Counted from the first letter of the stretch, positions 29,593-38,167 are shown. The stretch is 64,000 nucleotides of DNA from Pseudomonadota bacterium (GCA_014584465.1 JACTMU010000102.1:21896-85895); one strand, 5' to 3'. The notes: generated by a model from the sequence alone, not told the origin. A program made the numbers and translations.

Positions 29593-29638
29593 ACCGAGGC
29601 GGGCTGACGAAGGGCTAGTCAGAAGCTAATTCGAGGAG
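29593..29638 (+). repeat. Degenerate partial copy of the MITE core
   Basis: accgaggcgggctgacgaagggctagtcagaagctaattcgaggag is roughly 85% identical to the core by eye. Confidence 0.6.
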
Positions 29639-29738
29639 ATCTTTGTTCAATCTGGTGAAAAAACAAGCAAGTTGTGTCGTAGAATTTTCCGAATGGACTA
29701 TAATTCCATTCTTGCGAATTACGGCACAGCCTCGAATG

Positions 29739-30710
29739 TCATAGAGCCGTGGTGCGTCCAGCATTTGGAACCTGGCACAATTTGGCGATCAGATGTTCTG
29801 CGGCCATCACAGCCATTTGATCTCGAGTTGTGTAGGTGGCAGAGCCGATGTGGGGAGTGATCAAGACACGCGGTTCTTTCCACAAGGGGTGATCGTGCGG
29901 CAGAGGTTCCGGATCGGTCACATCCAAAGCTGCGCCCCAGACTCTTTGGTTTCGAATGGACTCCAGAAGATGGTTGGTGTTGATGATCGCTCCTCGGGCT
30001 GTATTGACAATGAGGGCGTTGGGTTTCATCTTTTCAAAGGCATTTCGATCCAAAAGACCTTTCGTCTCAGAGTTGAGATCGGTGTGAATGGAGAGAAAAT
30101 CACTCTCTTGAAAAAGTTGATCCAGCAAAACCCGCTGAGCCCCAAGGTCTCGTTCCACCTTGGGTTTTGAGTTCCGACTGGTGTAGATGATCCTCATGTT
30201 CCAACCACCCGCACACCTTCTTGCAACCGCTTCACCAATACGGCCCATTCCCAAGATCCCTAACGTCTTACCTTGAAGATCAAGACCCAAGTAACCCAAT
30301 GGCTCCCAACACTGCCAGCGGCCTTGAAGTCCCGCATGACAACCTGGCACAACATTTCGTGCGGATGCAAGCAGAAGAGACACGGCCAGATCGGCCGTCG
30401 CCTCCGTCAAAACCCCTGGCGTATTGCCAACCGCGATCTTGGCCTCGTGGGCTGCTTCCAAGTCGATATTGTCAAGACCGACGGCAAAGTTTGCAATGAC
30501 TTTCAGATTTGGACACCGATGTATAAATTTGCGATCCATACGATCACTCAACATGGAGATGATCCCGTCCACCCTCTGACAACGCTCCATCATGACGTCA
30601 TAAGAGGGGGGGATATCCCCTTGCCAAAGATCGACCTTCAATCCCTTTGCTAAGAGGAGATCCAAGCCCACCTTCGGAATCCGCCGCGACACAAAGACCT
30701 GAGGTGCCAT
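29739..30710 (-). CDS. D-2-hydroxyacid dehydrogenase (glyoxylate/hydroxypyruvate reductase-like)
   Basis: GLDNIDLEAA, NAD site LGILGMGRIGEAVARR, TARGAIIN, AALDVTDPEP, TPHIGSAT. The ATG at 30710 is 1 nt after the upstream stop. Confidence 0.88.
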   Translation of the reverse strand: MAPQVFVSRRIPKVGLDLLLAKGLKVDLWQGDIPPSYDVMMERCQRVDGIISMLSDRMDRKFIHRCPNLKVIANFAVGLDNIDLEAAHEAKIAVGNTPGVLTEATADLAVSLLLASARNVVPGCHAGLQGRWQCWEPLGYLGLDLQGKTLGILGMGRIGEAVARRCAGGWNMRIIYTSRNSKPKVERDLGAQRVLLDQLFQESDFLSIHTDLNSETKGLLDRNAFEKMKPNALIVNTARGAIINTNHLLESIRNQRVWGAALDVTDPEPLPHDHPLWKEPRVLITPHIGSATYTTRDQMAVMAAEHLIAKLCQVPNAGRTTAL

Positions 30711-30711
30711 C

Positions 30712-31824
30712 TCAACCCCTTTCGGCAAGAAGTCCTCCACGCGTCGTGGATCGACTCTCCACACCCTTATTGATGACAATGCTCGCCCCATCGGAGCAGC
30801 CCTTCGAATAACTTCCGCTCCACAATCCACTTCTAGAGTGAGAGACGGACTGAAGACGGGGAAAGCGCGTCCGTGTAAACTCTTTGACCAGTTTGTCATG
30901 AACCACCATCAATCCCTTTGTGAAGTTCTCACTCTGTCTCTCTAAGTTCTCCAACTTTTTGCGAAAACCGTGAAGCAGTCCCACTTGATAGGAGCGCTTG
31001 TAGCGATGTTCCGACCCATGCTCTCGACGATGGGTCTCCCAAAGTTGTTCGATCTTCTGCGACAAAAAATAGAAGATGTACTCAGCACTGATCAGATTCT
31101 CCTTTGTCCCCAAGAGTTCAATCGTCTTGTAGACCTCCCCGACCGAGGCATCATAGAGCGAGCTGTAAACCACATTGACCATATAATGATTTTGCAAAAT
31201 CGAGCCAATGATCGACTGCTGTAGCGTGACGCGCTTTTTTTTAAGTTCAAGAATCTTGTAGCTGAAGTCCTCATCTTTTAAGTTCTCTTGTTGGGAGATG
31301 TTGTACTTCTGCTGCAATTCGCGGGCCTTTTGCATGGCAGAAAGAGCTTCATTCTCATTGTCCGATTTGGCCAACGAGAGAAGTTTGTCAATCTTACTTG
31401 CAATCTCATCATACCTACTCGGAAGCTTTTCATCCGAGGCATCCTTTTCAAATCCCTCTTTGAGATCGCCTTGAGATCCCTGAAAGCGAGAGGCAACTCC
31501 CAGCCGTCCACAGGCGATCTTAAAATTTGGACCATGACCCTCTTGAGAAAAGAGGAGCTCACTGACCATCTGATGAGCCATCTCATGTCGAAGCACTTGA
31601 ACGACCGTATCCCAAGAGTGGTTCTTGATGAGATGCTCCGAAATCGAGATCCGTCGAAGTGTCTCGTTCCACTCTCCAAAATGGGTCTTACTCTCAGTGA
31701 TCACAAAAGAGGGAGTCGAGAGCCTCACTCCATGATGCCAACAGATATTCCCATGCTCAGAAATCAGTTGAAGAGTCCAAAACCTCTTCTGATCATACCA
31801 AAAATCCTCATTTCCGAAATTCAC
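30712..31824 (-). CDS. SprT-like zinc-metalloprotease domain protein with a DUF2786-like middle region
   Basis: HExxH in VLRHEMAHQMV plus a downstream HGPNF. LSLAKSDNENEALSAMQKARELQQKYNI resembles DUF2786. GTG start with an AAGGAGG RBS. Confidence 0.55.
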   Translation of the reverse strand: MNFGNEDFWYDQKRFWTLQLISEHGNICWHHGVRLSTPSFVITESKTHFGEWNETLRRISISEHLIKNHSWDTVVQVLRHEMAHQMVSELLFSQEGHGPNFKIACGRLGVASRFQGSQGDLKEGFEKDASDEKLPSRYDEIASKIDKLLSLAKSDNENEALSAMQKARELQQKYNISQQENLKDEDFSYKILELKKKRVTLQQSIIGSILQNHYMVNVVYSSLYDASVGEVYKTIELLGTKENLISAEYIFYFLSQKIEQLWETHRREHGSEHRYKRSYQVGLLHGFRKKLENLERQSENFTKGLMVVHDKLVKEFTRTRFPRLQSVSHSRSGLWSGSYSKGCSDGASIVINKGVESRSTTRGGLLAERG

Positions 31825-31851
31825 GATCCATCCTCCTTTCCTTATTGTTCT

Positions 31852-33495
31852 TCACCTGCTTTTACGAAACAATACCACAAGACTCAACAAAAGGGCTCCT
31901 GCAAAACCAACCATGCTCGCAATCGGGATTGTGACATGGGTCTCTTTGAGCAAAATCAAAATTGAGGATCCCAAAATCAAACTTCCAATGATCAAAGCAA
32001 AAAAGATGGTCTGTGAACCGATCTCGATGGCTCGGGTCAGATCATCCATCTGATTCAATGTCAGCTTCACCGAAAAATCGGGATTGTTCACTCGCCGAAT
32101 CAGCTGCCGAATTTGGCGAGGAAGCTCATAAAGAAGGGCCGTAGAATCACGAGCCACCTCTGTAAGATCTCGCACAATGCGCGCAGGTTCATATTTGGCT
32201 TCAACAATATCGCTGGCCATATCCAAAACGTAAGTTAGAAGATCAAAATCTTCGATGACGGTACGGCCCATCCCCTCAATGGTCACAACTGATTTAAAAA
32301 AGAGCATCAACTCCGTCGGCACCGAGAGACGGTGGCGAGTGGCGATGGCTGTAGAGTCCAAGAGAAGCTTTCCAAAATTGACATTCTTGGTGGAGAGACC
32401 ATGGTAGGGGGACATCAGATCACGAAGCTCTCGAGCAAAGAGGTCGACATCGACGTAGCCACTAAAAGGGGCCATGTCGACAAACTCGTAGGCCAAGCGC
32501 TCGTAATCCTCAACGGAAAGCGCCAACATCATATTGGCGATGATATCCTTGGTCTTTCTCCCCAAACGACCCACGACACCAAAATCCACAAGCCCAATTT
32601 GATTGTCCGGCAAAATGAAGATGTTTCCCGCATGAAGGTCACCATGAAAGAACCCATCGATAAAGACCATCTTAAGATAACACTTAAGACCCTTGCGCAC
32701 GACCTCATCGGGCTTATATCCTTCAAGGGTCGACTCTCGAATATGACTCAGCGGAATCCCCTTAAGAGCCTCCATCACCAAGACTCTTCGTCCCGAAAGC
32801 TCTTGATAAAGGTGAGGGATCTTCACATCTGGATTGGCATTAAAGTTCTTTTCAAAACGACGTATGTTGTTCCCTTCAACCAGAAAATTGGTCTCAAGGG
32901 ACATGGTTTTGAAAAACTCATCCACGATCGACTTGGGTCTATGAATCCGAATCTCAGGAACGTAATGCTCTAAAAGCTCTGCCAGGTTGTACAGAATGCT
33001 CAGATCATTTTCAATAAGCTTTGAAACTCCTGGCCTTTGAACCTTGACCACCACATCCTCGCCCGTTTGAAGACGAGCCCAATGAACCTGAGCAATGCTT
33101 GCGGAGGCCAATGGCGTTTCACTAAACTCACTGAACAGGGATCGATAATCTGAACCATAGTGGTCGATCAGAACCTCTTCAATTTGTGAGAAGGGGAGTG
33201 GTTGAACCTGATCGTGAAACTTCTTGAACTCCTCGACAAACTCCTTAGGAACCAAGTCGGGCCTTGTTGCAAGAAGTTGCCCAAGTTTTACAAACGTAGG
33301 GCCGAGCTGTTCAAAGGCCATCCTCAAGCGCTGAGGTGCTGTGTAGAGGTCAAGATCCTCCGAAGAGAACTTTTCAAGAATGAAACGCCCGAGCTTTATC
33401 TTTTCGGCAATGTTGTGAAATCCGTGCCGTGCAAAGACGGCCACAATGGTTCTCAATCGAGAAGCATTTTTGAGGGTCTTACCGAGCTGTCTCAC
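31852..33495 (-). CDS. ubiB: UbiB/ABC1-family atypical kinase
   Basis: GPTFVKLGQLLATRPDL, ASASIAQVHWARL, VVVKVQRPG, HGDLHAGNI, DFG. Two C-terminal TM segments. Confidence 0.9.
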   Translation of the reverse strand: MRQLGKTLKNASRLRTIVAVFARHGFHNIAEKIKLGRFILEKFSSEDLDLYTAPQRLRMAFEQLGPTFVKLGQLLATRPDLVPKEFVEEFKKFHDQVQPLPFSQIEEVLIDHYGSDYRSLFSEFSETPLASASIAQVHWARLQTGEDVVVKVQRPGVSKLIENDLSILYNLAELLEHYVPEIRIHRPKSIVDEFFKTMSLETNFLVEGNNIRRFEKNFNANPDVKIPHLYQELSGRRVLVMEALKGIPLSHIRESTLEGYKPDEVVRKGLKCYLKMVFIDGFFHGDLHAGNIFILPDNQIGLVDFGVVGRLGRKTKDIIANMMLALSVEDYERLAYEFVDMAPFSGYVDVDLFARELRDLMSPYHGLSTKNVNFGKLLLDSTAIATRHRLSVPTELMLFFKSVVTIEGMGRTVIEDFDLLTYVLDMASDIVEAKYEPARIVRDLTEVARDSTALLYELPRQIRQLIRRVNNPDFSVKLTLNQMDDLTRAIEIGSQTIFFALIIGSLILGSSILILLKETHVTIPIASMVGFAGALLLSLVVLFRKSR

Positions 33496-33504
33496 TCACT
33501 TTCC

Positions 33505-34323
33505 TCAATCGTCATCAGGCAGTTCACCTTCGTCCTCTTGACCATGGTCTTCATGTTCGTGGTCTTCATGTTCGTGGTCTTCATCTTCCTTGTCATCCTG
33601 ATTGTCCCTTTGGCGATGAGAGTCATGATCATGCCCCTCTTCGCCGAGTGTCAATGCCCATCCGAAGAGATTCAACGATCGATCCTTGGGATCAAATCCA
33701 CGAAGCAGGTTCCATGAAAATCCCAGAACTAAGATCAAAAAGAGCCATGCAATCCACGGACGGGTCGACTCAATAGGATGTTCCCCGGCGACTTCGGTCT
33801 TTTTTCCATCAACCATGGCAAACGCCAGCGGTTCTCGAAATCGAATCATATGGAAAAGAACTCCCGCAACATGCAAGATGGAGACAGCCAAAAAGGAGTA
33901 GGCCAGCAACTCATGAATCTCCTCCACGCTCTCCTTCAAAGTTTCACCGCCTTGCGCCATGAGGAGCCCCGTGGCTCCAAGCCCCAACGCCAGTGCCATC
34001 ATTAAGGTTCCACTCCAACTCGATGCAGGATTGTGCCCAAACCACCTCTTTCCATCTTTCTGAAGGAGACCCCTGAAATAGAGAATCAACTGTGATGGAC
34101 GTAGCTCAAATGTGCTGAACCGTGCGTAAGATGTTCCAACAAAGCCCCACAAAATCCGAAGAAGAACGACAAACCCTAGGGTCAGTCCCATCATCATATG
34201 AAATGAGAAGAGGGCTGTTTCGTCATCGACCTGTTTTGCAATTAAAAAAGCTCCCACAAAGAGCGCCACAAAAGTCCAGTGAAAAAATCGAGTGGGCAGA
34301 TCATAAACCTGTTTAAAATTCAT
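33505..34323 (-). CDS. Cytochrome b561-family membrane protein with a His/Asp/Glu-rich C-terminal tail
   Basis: YDLPTRFFHWTFVALFVGAFLIA followed by four TM helices carrying His residues. Tail: HDHDSHRQRDNQDDKEDEDHEHEDHEHEDHGQEDEGELPDDD. An AGGAGG RBS precedes the ATG at 34323. Confidence 0.75.
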   Translation of the reverse strand: MNFKQVYDLPTRFFHWTFVALFVGAFLIAKQVDDETALFSFHMMMGLTLGFVVLLRILWGFVGTSYARFSTFELRPSQLILYFRGLLQKDGKRWFGHNPASSWSGTLMMALALGLGATGLLMAQGGETLKESVEEIHELLAYSFLAVSILHVAGVLFHMIRFREPLAFAMVDGKKTEVAGEHPIESTRPWIAWLFLILVLGFSWNLLRGFDPKDRSLNLFGWALTLGEEGHDHDSHRQRDNQDDKEDEDHEHEDHEHEDHGQEDEGELPDDD

Positions 34324-34433
34324 GGAACACCTCCTGAGTGATCTCAATTGTTTTGGGTGTACCACTTTCTGTCCGAAATGAACATCGGTCATTTGCCCTA
34401 CGACCGCCTTCAGCATCGGTTGCAAATTAAATA

Positions 34434-34444
34434 GTGCCTGGCAC
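34434..34444. repeat. Minimal REP palindrome GTGCCTGGCAC flanked by TAAATA on both sides
   Basis: taaata(34428-33)-gtgcctggcac-taaata(34445-50), immediately left of MITE copy C. Confidence 0.6.
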
Positions 34445-34450
34445 TAAATA

Positions 34451-34581
34451 GGGGCTGTCCGGTAATTCGCTTTTTGATCGATTTTGATAAGTTTTTCTTA
34501 TACCGAGGCGGGCCGACGAAGGGCTAGCCAGAGGCGCTAAACTTATAGAAATCGGCAAAAATGGAATTACCGGACAGCCCC
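34451..34581 (+). mobile_element. MITE-like element copy C (GGGGCTGTCCGGTAATTC termini, TAAATA flanks, core truncated)
   Basis: Perfect 18-bp TIR (34451-34468 / 34564-34581). 6-bp direct flanks taaata at 34445-34450 and 34582-34587. Confidence 0.85.
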
Positions 34582-35369
34582 TAAATATGAAAACGTAGGG
34601 GAAAGAGGCTGATGCTGAGTTGATAGACCTCTTTCTTGTCGCCATCTTCCAAAAAGGTGGCAAGATTGTGAATGAACTCTTGAATCATCTTCTTGGCAAA
34701 TTCGATGCGCGCAGGGTCGATCGCCATGGTCACACCACTCATGCTTCGTTCTTCAATGGGATCGTTGTCCAAGGATTTAATGGCTTGACCAAGGACATCT
34801 TTTTGATGTTTCCGAAGGGCCGGGGATGTGACACTCTTATCTGCTGTGGTTAAGTTCCCCTCGCTCTTTTTAAGTACACCCTCTTCTTCAACAAGAAGTC
34901 CCACGTTGGTAAGACGCTCGATGGCAAGCTTTGCCTCCATCACGGAGATCCCCACTCTCTTGGCGATCCAACGTGGATCGGACTGAAAGTCATCTGTTGT
35001 GGTGAGCACGAGGATGGCAAAGTGGTGAAGTTCACTGAGAACGCGAAAGATCTCATGGTCTAAAGGGTTGGGCTGCATGGCACGCCCCTCAGACCGCACC
35101 ACCTTGGAGACACTCTCACTCTTTCGATCCTCAACCACTGAGAGAAGAAAATACTCCTTCTCACTCGGGTTCAGGTTGAGCCGATCTGCAACCTTTCGTG
35201 CCGTCTTGAGTGAAATGGTCTGCTTTTTTGCAAGCACTCGAGAAAGAGCGCCCACATCCATCTCTATGGCTCGAGCAAACGATCGCATAGAGTAGCGAGG
35301 ATTGTGGCGAAGCCTTCGATCCAGCTCCGCCTTCAAACAATCTCGATAATAGACCTCTTTGGTATCCAT
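34581..35369 (-). CDS. TIGR02147-like HTH protein (DUF4423 type)
   Basis: N-terminus YYRDCLKAELDRRLRHNPRYSMRSFARAIEMDVGALSRVLAKKQTISLKTARKVADRLNL matches my memory of that family. The stop codon TAG straddles the MITE C boundary. Confidence 0.6.
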   Translation of the reverse strand: MDTKEVYYRDCLKAELDRRLRHNPRYSMRSFARAIEMDVGALSRVLAKKQTISLKTARKVADRLNLNPSEKEYFLLSVVEDRKSESVSKVVRSEGRAMQPNPLDHEIFRVLSELHHFAILVLTTTDDFQSDPRWIAKRVGISVMEAKLAIERLTNVGLLVEEEGVLKKSEGNLTTADKSVTSPALRKHQKDVLGQAIKSLDNDPIEERSMSGVTMAIDPARIEFAKKMIQEFIHNLATFLEDGDKKEVYQLSISLFPLRFHI

Positions 35370-35405
35370 CTTCACACCCAAAAATCAAACTAATGATTCA
35401 AAGAT

Positions 35406-36740
35406 TCAAAACTTTTCCAGACCAACGGGAAAGAGTCCATTCCACCATTTCGCCGAATCGCTTAGAAACATCGAAATGGATGGCCCACGATTCATCTCCA
35501 CAATGGCTGGAAACTTCACCTTTTCCCCACGAACGGACGATTCAAACTGACCCTGAAGGGGAAATAGATAAGCTGACGTATCAAAATTCTTCGTCGTCGA
35601 AATGAGCAGATCGTCCCGACCAAAGACTCTCCACTGAGTGTACAGGCTAGGACCCTTGGTCGACTTGGTCGCTGCTCGAAGATGAGAAGTGAAGCTTCCC
35701 GAAAACTCAAAACTCTTCCCCTCAAGCGTTGAAATCGTGAGCTGAAGCTTTTGATTTGATAGACCTCTTCGTGAAACGTACTTAAGCCCAAGTCGAAAAC
35801 ATCCATTCCGATCCAATTCCAACTTTTCAAGAATCTCCTTAGGAAGAGAGGAGTTGATTGTAAATCCCTTAACCCCTTGACACTCAAATGTGTAACTCAT
35901 GTCCACCTCACTTCCCCTCTCTAATGTGTAGGGCCAGTGAACCGACTCGATCTTTCCAAACTCACCATCGCTCACGTGAAGCAATCGATCGGCAATCTTT
36001 GCATCCATCACAAAGGTGGAGTTGTGTTTCATTCCAAAGACATGGCCTACTTCATGAAGTAAAATGTGTTTGATCTTCACACGATCGGATGTCCAACCCT
36101 TAACCCAAATGATTCCCCCACTTCGATACTCCTTGTGGTCGTAGGGCCAACGCATGGCCAGTCCGAGAGCATGATCGATCCCTTCCGGTAGAGACATCTC
36201 CCCGAAGGTGGACCCAAAGAGAAAGAGAAGTTCCTTTCGAGGATGAGAACAGCTCTCCGAGATCTCAATCTCAAGGGTCATCCCACGACTCTTTCCATCA
36301 GAAAACCCATCAAGCTGAACATCATCCATCTTGTATTTGGCAAAGAAACTGCGCCACTCCACGAAGGCTTCATGGATGAGACTCCTCAACTCGGGTTCAC
36401 TCAGTGGAAAGTCGTCGGCACGTAAAACGCAAAGAGGAATCTTTTCTCTTCCCAAGAACCAAACATTCTCCTCATCTGTTTTTACCTTTCCTCCATGCGT
36501 GCTGATGTAACCATCCCGAATCAAGTCTCCAACTTTGTCAAAGAGCTCTCGATCAAGACCAAGATCACCGACAACAACTCCTCCAGAGACCACTCCACCC
36601 CTTTGAGGTTTCGAACTCGCTTCCGCGGTCACAAAAGCCAACAAGATGGCCCATCCAAATAGAGCCATTCTTACCATTTCCCACACAGAACGACTCAAAA
36701 TCTCTTGAAGTACTGCAAACAAACTCCTGATGTCTTTCAT
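35406..36740 (-). CDS. Secreted metzincin-like zinc metalloprotease (hypothetical)
   Basis: HExxHxxGxxH motif in ILLHEVGHVFGMKHN. Signal/TM segment MALFGWAILLAFVTAEA. An AAGGAGG RBS precedes the ATG at 36740. Confidence 0.6.
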   Translation of the reverse strand: MKDIRSLFAVLQEILSRSVWEMVRMALFGWAILLAFVTAEASSKPQRGGVVSGGVVVGDLGLDRELFDKVGDLIRDGYISTHGGKVKTDEENVWFLGREKIPLCVLRADDFPLSEPELRSLIHEAFVEWRSFFAKYKMDDVQLDGFSDGKSRGMTLEIEISESCSHPRKELLFLFGSTFGEMSLPEGIDHALGLAMRWPYDHKEYRSGGIIWVKGWTSDRVKIKHILLHEVGHVFGMKHNSTFVMDAKIADRLLHVSDGEFGKIESVHWPYTLERGSEVDMSYTFECQGVKGFTINSSLPKEILEKLELDRNGCFRLGLKYVSRRGLSNQKLQLTISTLEGKSFEFSGSFTSHLRAATKSTKGPSLYTQWRVFGRDDLLISTTKNFDTSAYLFPLQGQFESSVRGEKVKFPAIVEMNRGPSISMFLSDSAKWWNGLFPVGLEKF

Positions 36741-36940
36741 GGTCTCCCCTCCTTGTTTCACCACTGGCCGCCCCACAACTCTCCGCCACCTTTCATCTAA
36801 AGCAAATCACGTGCCCAAAATTCGTTGTGAGAAAGCCTCGATTTTCCACCACTAACGCAACACACTGTTGTGAATCTGATCCATTTCGTTACAACACAGA
36901 GGTGCGAGACTGAAAGATCGGGGCCAAATTGGGACCTATG

Positions 36941-36958
36941 AGGTTTCGCGCCAGGCAC
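36941..36958 (-). repeat. Solo REP/MITE terminus remnant (aggtttcgcgccaggcac)
   Basis: 23 nt (atgaggtttcgcgccaggcacta) are identical to the end of element D. Confidence 0.65.
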
Positions 36959-37012
36959 TAGAAAATGAGCGTGTGTCCGACGATGAGATCTTCTTGGGTG
37001 TCGTGAGATTGG

Positions 37013-37052
37013 CAAAAAAAAAGGGTCGGCCCACCTCTTGGTGAGCCGACCC
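37013..37052 (-). terminator. Rho-independent terminator of the 37100..37801 gene
   Basis: GC stem gggtcggc (37023-30) / gccgaccc (37045-52), extendable via cacc/ggtg. On the minus strand it is followed by T10 (rc of 37013-37022). Confidence 0.8.
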
Positions 37053-37099
37053 CTTGATCTCTGAGAATGGGCGGATCAAACCTCAAAATAACTTCAAGC

Positions 37100-37801
37100 T
37101 CATTCACAAGGTTCTACCTTGGCAAGAACCAACAGATCGGTGATCTTGACCATCGAACTTCCAAAAGAATCGGCCGATCGCAAAACAATGCTGTTGTTCT
37201 GTCTCAAGTTGAGGCTTTCACCACAGGAAGTTTGAAGGTTCATCGGTTGAAACTCCTGAATCTTTCCATCATTGGAAGAATCTAGATCCATGGAGATCTT
37301 TTCGCCCTCGGTTCCTGCAAAAAAAGTTTCGCTGTTGAGCTTGGCCGTCGCGCCTGGACTCAATCGAGCTCTTCCCTCAACATAGACTCCCTCAATCTTG
37401 AGTGAAAATCCACTTCCAAGCTCCACGGGTAAGGCCCATGTGCATCGCTCTCTTGCGATCGATCCTGACGAACTATTTTGATTTACCTTAAAATCATCGG
37501 AGTGAACAATGATCAACACGTAACCATCTTCAATCTCTTCAATCTCCAAATCTCCATACCGGCAACCCTCGCCTGCAAGTGCCGCCCGACCAAAATCCAC
37601 TGGCGCCTGATGCCGTCGAAAAGACATGAGATCAAATGCATTTGCATCGCCCCCTGTCCCCAACAGAGCAACTGCCACAAGCGCGGCCAGGATCGTGATC
37701 ACTCCCCTTGTCTTGGCAAACGGGCGATTCCGACAGCATGCCAATTGTCTTGTCTCTGTCATCTTTGTTTTTCCATCTGATTTCATCGATTCTTTTTTCA
37801 T
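37100..37801 (-). CDS. Hypothetical secreted protein
   Basis: N-terminal TM/signal segment GVITILAALVAVALLGTGGDANA. RBS present and terminator downstream. No recognisable domain. Confidence 0.55.
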   Translation of the reverse strand: MKKESMKSDGKTKMTETRQLACCRNRPFAKTRGVITILAALVAVALLGTGGDANAFDLMSFRRHQAPVDFGRAALAGEGCRYGDLEIEEIEDGYVLIIVHSDDFKVNQNSSSGSIARERCTWALPVELGSGFSLKIEGVYVEGRARLSPGATAKLNSETFFAGTEGEKISMDLDSSNDGKIQEFQPMNLQTSCGESLNLRQNNSIVLRSADSFGSSMVKITDLLVLAKVEPCE

Positions 37802-38004
37802 TTGAGCCCCCTCTCCCTTTTTTTTAGGATTCCCCCGAATCCCTTGTACTCTTTGTACGAGATTCAGCGGTGAGTTTCAAGAGGGAGCTCCGTTCAAACA
37901 CAACAAACTGTTGTTTCAAAAATCAACACTCATCGAAAATTCAGAATGGATCTAAAAGATGTCCCTTTCGTTGAGCAATTTTCTTTTGAGTTTTGCAGTA
38001 GTTA

Positions 38005-38167
38005 GTGCCTGGCGCGAAACCTCATTTCGACGAATTCACCATAAGTTTTCCTTATACCGTCGTTGAGCCTCCTCGAGTTAGCGCCTCTGGCTAGCCCTTC
38101 GTCGGCCCGCCTCGGTATAAGAAAAACTTATGGCAATTCGCTCGAAAGCAGGTTTCGCGCCAGGCAC
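38005..38167 (-). mobile_element. MITE-like element copy D (full-length: outer REP-type TIR, inner arms, complete core)
   Basis: Perfect 18-bp TIR gtgcctggcgcgaaacct (38005-38022) / aggtttcgcgccaggcac (38150-38167). Imperfect inner inverted arms (gaattcaccataagttttccttatacc / ggtataagaaaaacttatggcaattc). Central 58-nt core identical to copy A. Confidence 0.85.

Noticed and set aside
36797-37015. 72-aa ORF in the spacer between the metalloprotease and secreted-protein genes.
   Set aside because: It spans a solo REP terminus and runs into the terminator T-tract. The composition is R/H/S-rich with no RBS. It is most likely non-coding.
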